From assembly GCA_965218615.1 (NCBI GenBank), contig CBDCLH010000001.1, positions 473,447-537,446 of the forward strand: a stretch of 64,000 bases of DNA, written 5' to 3'. Below are positions 26,695-36,343 of this stretch, piece by piece. How positions within the stretch are numbered: the first letter of the stretch is position 1; each line of letters starts with the position of its first letter. The DNA is from Bryobacterales bacterium (GTDB taxonomy: Bacteria; Acidobacteriota; Terriglobia; Bryobacterales; UBA6623). The notes below the pieces were generated by a model that ran no database searches, had not been told where the DNA came from, and worked only from the letters and a program-made list of their open reading frames with translations. The translations under genes were made by a program, and so were the position numbers.

Positions 26695-29600
26695 TCATTG
26701 TAGAGCCTGCAAACGGCGCAGTTCGGCGTTGTCCATCTGGAACATGTAGCGGGTCAGCAAGTCGGCATGGTCTCCCGCGTAGCGTCGGGCCTGCGCGGGC
26801 AGCTCCCCGTTGAAGACCCAGCGTTCGCCGTCCCTCTGGAACAGCTCCGAGGGCATCGCCGTACCGGGTGCGATCGAAGCCGGCTCCAGCAGCCAGCGGT
26901 ACGTCCAGTTGGGCTTGAGACGTTCGGCGGCGATCAGAAAGTTCGGCGCCGTCGCGTCCACGTCCTGGGACGGAATGCCCGTCATGTGGCACTTCAGGCA
27001 GGGCGCGGCCTGGCTTGTGAAGAGCTGCCGACCGATCAGGCGCTCGGTCTGGCTCATCGGGTCCATCGGCTCCGGCATGTCCGGCACGGGTTGCGAATCC
27101 CGCGCCATGAAGAATTTGGTCAGCTTGGAGATCTGGCGGTCCGAGAAGTAAAACGTCGGCATGCGCGCGTGCAAGTATTGGCGCACGCCGTTGCGGTTGA
27201 TGTCGGCGTCGTTCAACGCCGGATTGCGCAGAAAGCCGGTCAACCAGTCCGGTTGCACGCGTGCGCCCTCCGTGTAGAGTTGCGGCGGCAGTTGTTCAGC
27301 CCAGTCAGGATCGTCCACGTAGCGCGGGATCGACATGAAGGAGGAAACATTCCCTGGCCGGATCTGATGGCAGCCGGTGCAGTTGTGCCGCACGATCAGC
27401 CACCAGCCCGCCTGCACGTCCCCGCGCTCATCTTCAGGCTCGTAGCGGTATTGCTCGGGAAATGTGGATTCCACGGAACCGAGAAGAAACGTGGTCAGGG
27501 CGTCGATCTCGTCGGCGCTTAGGTTGAAGTTGGGCATCCGCAGCCTCTCGAGGTGCTCCCGCTCCTTACCCTCGTCGAAGAAAGCCGGGTTCTCCAGCTT
27601 GTGTTCGAAGAAGCCCTTGTGGCTGTGCCAACCTTCGAGCTGCGCCTCGTGCGTCTTGAGCGCGAAGTCGAGACGGTCCAAGGGCTTGCTGCCCTCGAAC
27701 GTCAGATCCGTGCCGATGCGGTCTTCTTCCTCCAGTCCACCGATTTCATGGCAGCCCGCGCAGCCGTAGTGCCGGATGAGGGTCTCGCCCTCGGCGGCAA
27801 GTTCCGGATCGTCCATGAATGGGGCATCCTCGTAGGCCGTATCCGTACGCTGCTCGCTCAGATACGTCGCGATGTCACGCGACTCCCGCACGGTCAGCCG
27901 CAGGCTCGGCATCACGGGCCGGGGGCGCATCTCACTGGGCACATTTGGGTCGGGCGTGACTTCCGACGGATCATGGATCCAACGGACCATGTAGTCGTAG
28001 TTCATCTTGTCGCCGACACGGCTCAAGTTGGCGGCGAAGGCCCCGCCCATGCGGCTGTCGCCTTCCCCGATCGAGTGGCATCCCAGGCACCCGCGGGTCT
28101 CGAACAGCTCCTGGCCACGCTCGGAGTTGCCGCGCGGGTGCTGGACCAGTTGCCCATCCAAGGCGTTCTGCCAAATGTAAGCAGAAATCTTCTGGACCTC
28201 GTCGTCCTGCAAGCGGAAGACGGGCATCTTGGACCCGGGTCGGAACTCGTGCGGATTCTTGACCCAGACCGGAATCCACTCCTTGCGGTCCTTGAGCTGG
28301 ATCTCCTTCAGACTCGGGCCGAATTTCTTGACCTCCCTGGCGAGGTTTTCGGCCTCGACAGTTAGGTTGTGGATCTCCGCGTCGAAGCGGGTGTTCGTCA
28401 ACCGCAGTTCCTCGGCGCGCGCGTAGTAGCGCTGCGCCATGCCGCTGTCCTCAGAGGAGTCGCCCAGCTGCAGGCTCACGCGCATTTCCTTGGCGTTCGC
28501 CTCGCGGCTCGCGGTCAAGTTCCGCATGTCCTGGCGGATTTGCGTGAGTTCTTCGGACTCGATATCAAAGCCCTCGACGCGGTGGCAGCCCCAGCAGCCT
28601 CTGTTCATGTACAGCTCGCGTCCGCGATTGAGCGTGTCGCCGCCAACTGTGACGATCTCCTTGGCGTGGCACTGGTGGCAACCCGCCTCGAAGTTCTCGG
28701 GGTAGAACAGCGGCCAAAGCCAGAACTTGTGCCGGCCGTGCCCCTTGGTCACGTTGCGCGTCGCGCGCCCGTTGCCGTTGTGGCAGGACGAGCACCCGAA
28801 CGCCTCCGGATCGTGGATCGCCAGCAAATCCGGCCGCGGGTGGCTCTGGAACACCGGGTAGATGAGGTCCGTACGGCCAATCTCGACCGGCTCCCGGATC
28901 CCCAGGTGGCAGGACTCACAGCGGTCCACCAAATCGATATCCATCAAGTGAATCTGCTTGATGTCGATCTTGAAGTCCCGCATCTGCGAGATCATGCCGT
29001 CGAGCTGCGTCGAGCCAAGTCCCACCAGACGGTCGGCCATCAATGCATCGCGCTCCTGGCGCAGCACGTTCGCCTGTTCCAGGGCCTCCAGGCGCTCGTT
29101 CTGCAACGCCGCTCGTTCGGCCTGCAGCCCGCGGAACTCCGCTTCCAGCTGCTCGTACTGCATTTCGACTTCTTCGGTTTCCCCGGATCCGTCGCCGAGC
29201 GGCAGCTCCAACTCGACGCTCCGGGAGCGAATCTCCTCGATGTCCTCCCGCAGGTCGGTCTTGTCGCCTTCGTCTTCAGAGACCTCGACTTGATACCGCA
29301 GCGCGTCGATCTCGCTGCGCAGGATCTGAAATGCGTTGCGGGTCGCGGTCAGGCGCGGGATGACACCTCGGCTGACCCGCCGGTCGATCTCGGCGACCCG
29401 GGCCAGGACGCCTTGCTCCTCCGCCTCAAGCTGGCCGCTCAGCTCGCGGTACTCGGCCGAGTTGCGGACCTCGTCCTCTTTGGCCGCCTGCTGCGGTCGC
29501 AGCTTCATCAGGAATCCCGTGTAGTAGCCGCGAAAGCGCGCCTGGTACTCCTTATACGGGCGCATCACTTCCACCTCGTCGTAGACGGCCCACACGAGGG

Positions 29601-29697
29601 AGCCCGTCAGTAACAGCGTGGAGACGAGCAGGTGGACGCTGTACGACTTCGTTGTAATCGGATCCGGATCCGGCTGAACGCGATTCTCTTCTGACAT
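26695..29697 (-). CDS. Membrane-anchored octaheme c-type cytochrome with a long N-terminal coiled coil
   Basis: 1000 aa. One TM helix (SVHLLVSTLLLTGSLVWAVY), then about 200 aa of heptad-rich sequence, then eight CxxCH motifs (CESCH, CSSCH, CHQCH, CWGCH, CLGCH, CAGCH, CTGCH, CLKCH). Confidence 0.85.
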   Translation of the reverse strand: MSEENRVQPDPDPITTKSYSVHLLVSTLLLTGSLVWAVYDEVEVMRPYKEYQARFRGYYTGFLMKLRPQQAAKEDEVRNSAEYRELSGQLEAEEQGVLARVAEIDRRVSRGVIPRLTATRNAFQILRSEIDALRYQVEVSEDEGDKTDLREDIEEIRSRSVELELPLGDGSGETEEVEMQYEQLEAEFRGLQAERAALQNERLEALEQANVLRQERDALMADRLVGLGSTQLDGMISQMRDFKIDIKQIHLMDIDLVDRCESCHLGIREPVEIGRTDLIYPVFQSHPRPDLLAIHDPEAFGCSSCHNGNGRATRNVTKGHGRHKFWLWPLFYPENFEAGCHQCHAKEIVTVGGDTLNRGRELYMNRGCWGCHRVEGFDIESEELTQIRQDMRNLTASREANAKEMRVSLQLGDSSEDSGMAQRYYARAEELRLTNTRFDAEIHNLTVEAENLAREVKKFGPSLKEIQLKDRKEWIPVWVKNPHEFRPGSKMPVFRLQDDEVQKISAYIWQNALDGQLVQHPRGNSERGQELFETRGCLGCHSIGEGDSRMGGAFAANLSRVGDKMNYDYMVRWIHDPSEVTPDPNVPSEMRPRPVMPSLRLTVRESRDIATYLSEQRTDTAYEDAPFMDDPELAAEGETLIRHYGCAGCHEIGGLEEEDRIGTDLTFEGSKPLDRLDFALKTHEAQLEGWHSHKGFFEHKLENPAFFDEGKEREHLERLRMPNFNLSADEIDALTTFLLGSVESTFPEQYRYEPEDERGDVQAGWWLIVRHNCTGCHQIRPGNVSSFMSIPRYVDDPDWAEQLPPQLYTEGARVQPDWLTGFLRNPALNDADINRNGVRQYLHARMPTFYFSDRQISKLTKFFMARDSQPVPDMPEPMDPMSQTERLIGRQLFTSQAAPCLKCHMTGIPSQDVDATAPNFLIAAERLKPNWTYRWLLEPASIAPGTAMPSELFQRDGERWVFNGELPAQARRYAGDHADLLTRYMFQMDNAELRRLQALQ

Positions 29698-29739
29698 GAA
29701 TGATCCTATTTCCTGGAACCCATCCCGGCTACGATCCGG

Positions 29740-30675
29740 CTATATGTTGAACCAGGGTGTGACCCAGATGTACTTGATGCGGAACAGGAGGCGCGCGGCG
29801 ATCTTGACCGGCAGCGCGAGCATGATGATCAGCAATGCCTGCAGAATCACGTACTGCATCAGCGACATGCGGTTGAGAATCTTGCGCGAGAACTCCGTCA
29901 ACGAGATGAGGCGGTGGAAGGCGTAGCCCGCTAGGGCCGCGAAGCCGCCCACGATCAAGCCGCCGAAGATTCCGATCCACGGCTGCGAGGCGATGCCGAT
30001 GATCTCGTGCAGATCACGGTTGATCTCGAAGATCAACCGGTTGTGGTCCCAGGTCATGCCCGGCCAGAACCACATCCACCCGGGCCCACGAATCAGCGTG
30101 CCGATGACGATCATCGAGGTCCACAAGATGATGAACCCAAAGATAAAGGTCCAGATCGCGAAGCGGCGCTGCTTGTATGTGTAGTAGCCGTTGCCGAGCG
30201 GGTTTTCGTCGATGTAGGGGATCACGATCAGCCCGATGATGATCAGCGTCGGCATCAAGACGCCGGCGATCCAGGGATCGAAGTAGACCAGCATCTCCTG
30301 CAGCCCGAGAAAGTACCAGGGCGCCTTGGACGGATTCATGGTCAGCGACGGGTTGGCGGGTTCCTCGAGTGGCGCGTCGAGCGTGATCGACCAAACCATC
30401 AGGATGACCGTCACGATCACCGCCGCCAGGAACTCCATGCGCAGCAGGTACGGCCAGACGCTGACTTCCCGCGACCAGCCCTTCTGGAACGGCGCCGTTT
30501 TGCGGTGATGGGTCTTGGCCATGTCGTTGCCGCTCTCGAGCTTCTCGAGAAGGCGGTCGTTGGCGAACGCCTGCCGCAGGCCGTACCACGTGAAGAACGG
30601 AATGATGAAGACCATCCCGACGATCGGAATGTTGTCTGGAAGAGAAACGATGGTCCAGAGTTGGTGCCAGTCCAT
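29740..30675 (-). CDS. Cytochrome b C-terminal / subunit-IV-like membrane protein
   Basis: Contains KAPWYFLGLQEMLVYF (a PEWY-type motif) and multiple TM helices. Lies directly downstream of the cytochrome b gene. Confidence 0.8.
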   Translation of the reverse strand: MDWHQLWTIVSLPDNIPIVGMVFIIPFFTWYGLRQAFANDRLLEKLESGNDMAKTHHRKTAPFQKGWSREVSVWPYLLRMEFLAAVIVTVILMVWSITLDAPLEEPANPSLTMNPSKAPWYFLGLQEMLVYFDPWIAGVLMPTLIIIGLIVIPYIDENPLGNGYYTYKQRRFAIWTFIFGFIILWTSMIVIGTLIRGPGWMWFWPGMTWDHNRLIFEINRDLHEIIGIASQPWIGIFGGLIVGGFAALAGYAFHRLISLTEFSRKILNRMSLMQYVILQALLIIMLALPVKIAARLLFRIKYIWVTPWFNI

Positions 30676-30702
30676 GATGCTGCTTCCTACCGTTCCAGGC
30701 GC

Positions 30703-31635
30703 CTACTTGCGCACCGGCTTGATCTCGCTCTCCAACATCATCCGGGCCGGCCCCGAAATGCCGCCGTCCTTGCGGACGCGCCAGAAGTGCACGATCATGA
30801 ACGTCGCCGCAAAACCGGGAATCGCGATGCAGTGCCAAATATAGGCGCGCAGCAGCGCGTTCGCGTCCACGATGGAACCGCCCAGCAGGGCGAAACGCAC
30901 ATCGTTAAAAGCGGTCATGCCCAACTGCAATCCGAACGGGCCCTCGTGCCCCAGCAGCGGCGTGGCGCGCGCCATATTCGTCCCCACTGTGACCGCCCAG
31001 AACCCGAGCTGGTCATCTGGCAGGAGGTAGCCCGTGAAGGAGAGCAGCAAGGTGAGGACGAGCAGAATGACGCCCACCGACCAGTTGAACTGGCGCGGCT
31101 TCTTGTAGGAGCCCGTCAAGAAGACACGAAACATGTGCAGCTGCACAGTCAGCACCATCGCGTGACCCGCCCAGCGGTGCATATTGCGCAGCAGCTTGCC
31201 GAACGGCACGTCGTGCTCGAGGTACAGGATGTCGCGAAATGCCTGGACCTTGGTCGGGTGGTAGTAGAACATCAGCAGCACCCCGGTCCAGGTCAGCACC
31301 CAGAACAGGTAGAAGCTGATGCCGCCCATGCCCCAGGTGAAGTTGTAGCGCACCGCGTCCCGGTTCACCTTGGCGGGATGCAAGTGCAGGAAGACGTTGC
31401 TCAGGACGCCGAGCGTGCGGCTGCGGGCGGTCTGATCGTGCTTGACCCGGAAGATCGACTTGTAGACTTCGGTCTTGGTCGGTTGCTGAATCGCCTTGAG
31501 ATCCATCGCGGCCTTTTTCTTGATCTCGGCCGGATCGATCTTGACGCCCAGGAGCTTGCGCGCTCCGTTGCCGCTGCCGTTGGCCCCGGACTGGGCGGAT
31601 TTGGTCTTGACGTCGGCGCCGTTGGTTTCAGCCAT
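30703..31635 (-). CDS. Cytochrome b (b6-like N-terminal heme-binding subunit)
   Basis: Motifs: HRWAGHAMVLTVQLHMFRVFLTGSYKKPRQFNW, GYLLPDDQLGFWA, HCIAIPGF. Confidence 0.85.
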   Translation of the reverse strand: MAETNGADVKTKSAQSGANGSGNGARKLLGVKIDPAEIKKKAAMDLKAIQQPTKTEVYKSIFRVKHDQTARSRTLGVLSNVFLHLHPAKVNRDAVRYNFTWGMGGISFYLFWVLTWTGVLLMFYYHPTKVQAFRDILYLEHDVPFGKLLRNMHRWAGHAMVLTVQLHMFRVFLTGSYKKPRQFNWSVGVILLVLTLLLSFTGYLLPDDQLGFWAVTVGTNMARATPLLGHEGPFGLQLGMTAFNDVRFALLGGSIVDANALLRAYIWHCIAIPGFAATFMIVHFWRVRKDGGISGPARMMLESEIKPVRK

Positions 31636-31656
31636 GCTCGTGCGTACCTCTCGCCG

Positions 31657-32226
31657 CTATACCTGGATGTAGCTGCCCGGGTCGTCGAACTGGGTGGGCT
31701 TGCCCTTCTCCTCGCGAAACAGGATGCTCACGTCGACGACGATGCGGCCCTGGGCATCGAGATTCACATAGGCGCGGTCCAGCGGCCGCGGCGCCGGGCC
31801 TTCGTAGTTGCGGCCCTCGGGATCGTACCCGCTGCCGTGGCAGGGGCACTTGAACTTGGCTTCGCTCAGCTTCCAGTCCGGCGTGCAGCCCAAGTGCGTG
31901 CAGCTGGCGAAGACGACGAAGAGCCTGTCCGTGGTGCGCACAACCCAGATGCGCTTGCTCTTTTGGAAACGCGTGTCGACGCCGATCGGAAAGTCCGTGG
32001 GCAAGCCGACGCGGAATTGCGAGCGCGGCTCGAAGATCGTGCGCGGAAAGAAGAAGCGCAAGAACATCAGGAAGTTCGCCGTGAGGAATCCGCCCGTCAG
32101 CAGACCCACCAGGCGCCGTCGCGACCGGATGCGGGCGTCCTGGTCCGTACTCTCTGATCGAATGCTCGACTTGATGCGGGCGATGAGTGAGGGCGGGGCC
32201 GTCGCCCCGGTTTTCTCTTCCGACAT
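31657..32226 (-). CDS. Rieske 2Fe-2S subunit of the bc complex
   Basis: CTHLGC and CPCHGS boxes, with an N-terminal TM anchor after RSRRRLVG. Confidence 0.85.
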   Translation of the reverse strand: MSEEKTGATAPPSLIARIKSSIRSESTDQDARIRSRRRLVGLLTGGFLTANFLMFLRFFFPRTIFEPRSQFRVGLPTDFPIGVDTRFQKSKRIWVVRTTDRLFVVFASCTHLGCTPDWKLSEAKFKCPCHGSGYDPEGRNYEGPAPRPLDRAYVNLDAQGRIVVDVSILFREEKGKPTQFDDPGSYIQV

Positions 32227-32350
32227 CCGTACTTCCCACGTGGCGGACGTCCCGGGACTCCGGAACGTCGCGCTTGTTCCTATTGTAGAAGAGCCCGAAG
32301 GAGTGCTTCAATCCGCGCCTCGCACTGTGCCAAGAGCATTGTGGTCCCGT

Positions 32351-33094
32351 TTAGCCGGGGCCGTGGCCTCCGAGCTGGCGGCGTGCGTTCGCCAGGTCTT
32401 CGGGCGTGTCGACGCTCACGCCGACGTGGTCCCGTGTGGACACGACTCGGATGCGGTGTCCGTGCTCCAGGGCGCGCAGCTGTTCGAGTCCTTCGATCGC
32501 TTCGAGATCCGTCGGCTCCATGTCGCTGAAGGCGAGCAAGAAGTCGCGACGGTAGGCATAGATGCCGATATGTTCCCAGGCGGCATGGGCGCGCCGACGC
32601 CCGGGATAGGGGATCGGGCTGCGGGAGAAATAGAGCGCGTGGCCCGAGCCGTCCACCACCACTTTGACCACGTTGGGATCCTCCAGCACGGCGGGATCGT
32701 CGATGCGCTTGCATAGGGTCGCCATCGACGAGGCCCCCGGTGTGAGGAGCGGCCGGACCACCTCTTCGAGGATCTTGGCATTCACGAACGGTTCGTCGCC
32801 TTGGATGTTGACGACGATCCCGGCTGTCGACGAAGCCGCCACCTCGGCCACGCGGTCCGTGCCCGAAAGGTGCTTGGGCGAGGTCATGACGGCCTGTCCG
32901 CCGAATGCCTCGACGGATTGCCGAATCCGGTCGTCATCCGTCGCAACCACGATCTGCTCCAGAAGCTCGCAGCTGCAGGCGCGCTCGTAGACGTGCTGGA
33001 TGAGCGGTTTGCCACCCAGAAGGGCCAGCGGCTTGCCTTCGAAGCGACGGGAAGCGTAGCGCGCGGGAATGACGCCGAGGACGGACTCAGGCAA
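32351..33094 (-). CDS. kdsB: 3-deoxy-manno-octulosonate cytidylyltransferase
   Basis: Motifs: VIPARYASRRFEGKPL, SGTDRVAEVA, NIQGDEP, GIYAYRRDFL. Confidence 0.9.
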   Translation of the reverse strand: MPESVLGVIPARYASRRFEGKPLALLGGKPLIQHVYERACSCELLEQIVVATDDDRIRQSVEAFGGQAVMTSPKHLSGTDRVAEVAASSTAGIVVNIQGDEPFVNAKILEEVVRPLLTPGASSMATLCKRIDDPAVLEDPNVVKVVVDGSGHALYFSRSPIPYPGRRRAHAAWEHIGIYAYRRDFLLAFSDMEPTDLEAIEGLEQLRALEHGHRIRVVSTRDHVGVSVDTPEDLANARRQLGGHGPG

Positions 33095-33109
33095 CGGTTC
33101 CCATTTGTA

Positions 33110-34603
33110 TCAGAGTTCGGGGATCGGGTCTCCCGGCGCGATGTCCTCGCCCTCCCAGTTGGCTTGGCCGTCCTGCCAAAGCAAGACTCGGTGGCGGCTG
33201 CCCGGGGCCGGAGGCAAGCTCGGCTCGGGCAAGAACCGGCGATGTTCCTCGATCACTTCCGCATAGGCCGCATCCGCGGCGAGGTTGTCGTGCTCCTGCG
33301 GGTCCGCCACCATGTCGTAGAGTTCCTCGCTGCCGTCGGCGTAGCGGATGTAGCGCCATTTCTCGGAACGGACGCCATGGTTGTCGGCGTTGTGGGTCGT
33401 AATCGCGGGCCATTCCCTGGAAGCCTCGGCATCGTGCAGCTGCGGCGACAGGCTATGGCCCTCCAGACCGGGCTGTTCCAGGAGGCCGGCCAAGTCGATC
33501 AAGGTCGGATAGATGTCTAGCAGTTCAGCTGGACTCGAGACGCGGGCTCCGTGGGCGATCCCGGGACCCGCGAACATGAGAGGGACGCGCGTCGACCGAT
33601 CCCAGAGCGTGTTCTTGCCAGTGATCAGCTTTTCACCGAGATGCCAGCCGTGGTCCGACCAGAGCACGATCACGGTATCTTCGCCGTGCCCGCTGGCCTC
33701 GAGAGCATCCAACAGGCGTCCGACCAGACTGTCGATGAAGCTGATCGAGGCCAAGTAGGACGCGACCAAGTTGCGCCACTGGTCGGCCTCCTCCAGAAAC
33801 TTCAGCCGAGGCTCGGGCAGCTTCCAGTGCAGGTACCAGGAAAAGCGCGGCGTATCCTCACGGTCGTCGCGCCGCACCGGAGGCAGAACCAGTGAGTCCT
33901 GTGGGTACATGTCGTACCACTTCTGCGTCACGTAGCAGGGCACGTGGGGCAGAAACAAGCCGACGGAGAGGAAGAAAGGTTTCTCTTGCGGCCCCTGCAG
34001 CGGCCCCTCGAGCTGTTCGACCGCCCAGCGGGTGACCTCCCAGTCGCCCTTGTCCTCGTCCCTGTGCGGGAAAGTGCCCCAGTCCATGAGGGAATGGTTC
34101 TGCGGGGTCTGCACCATCTTCTGCTCGGGCCTGGCTCCGACACTGGTGCGCGGCCCCAGGACCTGGAATTCGCGGTCCGTCTCGCTTCTGGCGTAGGAGC
34201 CGTGATAGATCTTGCCCGTCATATACGTCGCATACCCGTGGCGCTCGAAGTACTGGGGCAACGTCTCGATGTCCCGGAGTTCTTCGACTTCGCGAAACCA
34301 GGGCGTCAAGCCGTAGATGCCAGTGCTCGACGGCCTGCGGCCCGTCATCAAGCTGGTGCGCGAGGGGTTGCACAGAGGCGCCTGCGTGTGCGCGTTCAGG
34401 AACGTCGTCCCGCGTGCAGCGAGCCGGTCGAAGTTCGGCGTCTGCGCCTGTGGATGCCCGTTCAGGGGACCGACCCAGTCGTTCAGATCGTCAATGGCGA
34501 GGAACAGGACGTTGGGCTCAGCCTTGGGACCGCCTTCGGCGCAAGCCCCGAGCAGTATCGTCGCGGCAGCGGCGACGCAGGATGCTCGGATACAGAAAGT
34601 CAT
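33110..34603 (-). CDS. Secreted sulfatase (formylglycine-type)
   Basis: Signal MTFCIRASCVAAAATILLGAC. Motifs: NVLFLAIDDLNDW, sulfatase signature CNPSRTSLMTGR, VLWSDHGWHLGEK. The start is chosen at the Met at 34603; the ORF track extends to 34732. Confidence 0.85.
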   Translation of the reverse strand: MTFCIRASCVAAAATILLGACAEGGPKAEPNVLFLAIDDLNDWVGPLNGHPQAQTPNFDRLAARGTTFLNAHTQAPLCNPSRTSLMTGRRPSSTGIYGLTPWFREVEELRDIETLPQYFERHGYATYMTGKIYHGSYARSETDREFQVLGPRTSVGARPEQKMVQTPQNHSLMDWGTFPHRDEDKGDWEVTRWAVEQLEGPLQGPQEKPFFLSVGLFLPHVPCYVTQKWYDMYPQDSLVLPPVRRDDREDTPRFSWYLHWKLPEPRLKFLEEADQWRNLVASYLASISFIDSLVGRLLDALEASGHGEDTVIVLWSDHGWHLGEKLITGKNTLWDRSTRVPLMFAGPGIAHGARVSSPAELLDIYPTLIDLAGLLEQPGLEGHSLSPQLHDAEASREWPAITTHNADNHGVRSEKWRYIRYADGSEELYDMVADPQEHDNLAADAAYAEVIEEHRRFLPEPSLPPAPGSRHRVLLWQDGQANWEGEDIAPGDPIPEL

Positions 34604-34673
34604 GCTGAAATCGAGCAATACCCTACCACAGGAGGGAGTCCGCCCGGCCGGGAGACTGCGCGAGGTCGGTACG

Positions 34674-35471
34674 ATGAGAGGTTTCCCGATGCCAGACGCC
34701 CCACAGGAGTTCGCGAAACTGCTGGAACTCATGCGGACACTGCGCGCCCCGGGAGGCTGCCCCTGGGATCGCGAGCAGACGTTGGACAGCCTCCGGAAAT
34801 ACGTCGTCGAAGAGGCCTACGAAGTCATCGATGCCATCGACCGCCGGGACTGGGACGGAGTGGCCGAGGAACTCGGTGACCTGCAACTGCAGATCGTCTT
34901 CCAAGCGGAGATCGCTCGCGCCGAGGGCCTATTCGACATCGTGTGTGTCCTCGACCATATCAATGACAAGCTGATCCGTCGGCATCCGCACGTCTTCGAT
35001 CAAGAATCGCTCGAGACCGCAGACGCGGTGACGAGGCGCTGGGAGGAACTCAAGGCGAAGGAGAAGCCGCCGGGGGCCGGCTCCGGGCGGTTGGAGGCGG
35101 TCCATCGCAGCCAGCCCGCAATGCTCGAGGCGCAACAGATCGGCAAGAAGGCCGCGGAGGTTGGGTTCGACTGGCAGGCGTTCGAGGATCTGGGCGCGAA
35201 ACTCGAAGAAGAGTTCCGCGAGGTCGGCGCGGCGCGCGAATCGGGATGCGGCGAGCGGCTGGAGGACGAAGTGGGAGATCTTCTGTTCATGGCCGTCAAC
35301 GTCGCTCGGTTCGTGGGGGTCGATTCGGAAACGGCGCTCAAGCGGGCGAATTTGAAGTTCCGGAAGCGCTTCGGGCAGGTCGAGCGAGCATTGGAGAAGG
35401 ACAAGCGCACGTTCGGAGAGTGCATGCCGGAAGAGCTGGACGTACTATGGCGACGCGCGAAGCGGACCTGA
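34674..35471 (+). CDS. mazG: Nucleoside triphosphate pyrophosphohydrolase MazG
   Basis: LRAPGGCPWDREQT, EEAYEVIDAI, EELGDLLLQ-type repeats (EELGDLQLQIVF and DEVGDLLFMAVN). The start is assigned at 34674. Confidence 0.85.
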   Translation: MRGFPMPDAPQEFAKLLELMRTLRAPGGCPWDREQTLDSLRKYVVEEAYEVIDAIDRRDWDGVAEELGDLQLQIVFQAEIARAEGLFDIVCVLDHINDKLIRRHPHVFDQESLETADAVTRRWEELKAKEKPPGAGSGRLEAVHRSQPAMLEAQQIGKKAAEVGFDWQAFEDLGAKLEEEFREVGAARESGCGERLEDEVGDLLFMAVNVARFVGVDSETALKRANLKFRKRFGQVERALEKDKRTFGECMPEELDVLWRRAKRT

Positions 35472-36187
35472 AGCGGCTGCAGCTCCGTCCGCTCCAGTCA
35501 CTCGACGAGTTCCATGCGACCTTGCGCCTGCAGCGGCGCATCTGGGGATTCAACGAGTCCGACCGCGTGGCGCCACGGCTCTTCGGCGTCTTCAAGCATA
35601 TCGGGGGCTCCTGCTTGGGAGCCTACCTCGACGACGCGATGGTCGGGTACACATTGGCTTTCGCGGCCTTCAAGCCGGATCACAAGGCGTACTGGCACAG
35701 TCACATGGCTGGGGTCGATCCGTCCGCGCAAGATCTGGGGATCGGGTATCTCCTCAAGCTCCGCCAACGGGAGGAGGCGCTTGCCCGCGGACTCGATCTG
35801 ATCGAGTGGACCTTCGATCCCTTGCAGTCGCGCAACGCCTACTTCAATATCGAGAAGCTCGGGACAGCCGTCGAAGCCTACCTCCCGAATCTGTACGGCG
35901 TCACCTCCAGCGAACTGCACGGGGCGCTGCCGACGGACCGCTTGGTCGCCGCCTGGCATCTCCGCCGGCCGTCCGTCACGCGCCGCCTCGCGGGGACGCA
36001 GCCTGCCCCGGTGCGAGGGCAAGCAGCGATCGCAATCCCCTCACGGATCTCCGAAGTCCCGCGAGAGGAGGCAGCTGAGATGCAAGCTCGCGTCCGAGAG
36101 CAATTCCGAGCGGCGTTCGACGCGAATCTGCGGGTGACCGGCTTCGAGCGCACGTCCGGCGGCAGCATCTACCACCTGGATGCATGA
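35447..36187 (+). CDS. GNAT-superfamily-like protein (COG3375-type)
   Basis: Motifs: RIWGF, GGSCLGAY, HSHMAGVDPSAQDLGIGYLLKLRQREEAL, IEWTFDPLQSRNAYFNIEKLG. Overlaps the mazG end by 25 nt. Confidence 0.6.
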   Translation: MATREADLKRLQLRPLQSLDEFHATLRLQRRIWGFNESDRVAPRLFGVFKHIGGSCLGAYLDDAMVGYTLAFAAFKPDHKAYWHSHMAGVDPSAQDLGIGYLLKLRQREEALARGLDLIEWTFDPLQSRNAYFNIEKLGTAVEAYLPNLYGVTSSELHGALPTDRLVAAWHLRRPSVTRRLAGTQPAPVRGQAAIAIPSRISEVPREEAAEMQARVREQFRAAFDANLRVTGFERTSGGSIYHLDA

Positions 36188-36343
36188 CTGCGGAAGTGGA
36201 GTGGCTCCGGCAGATCTGCCCTGGCGTCCCGGACTCCGCGGTCATGAGACGAAACCTGGAACTGGAAAACCCAATCTCGCCAGTGGTCGGAGACTCGCCG
36301 CGCCCCCCGTTCCACAGACAGCCGTCGCCGTCGTGCGGGCAGC

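Noticed and set aside
30007-32157. 716-aa plus-strand ORF across the cytochrome b/Rieske genes. Similar antisense ORFs lie at 21136-22848, 14696-15937, 7096-8163, 11874-13082, 18343-19218, 23795-25096, 28369-29613 and 37515-38513.
   Set aside because: Each overlaps a gene on the opposite strand that has unambiguous family motifs. Their translations are low-complexity and Arg/Asp/His-rich, with no recognisable domain.
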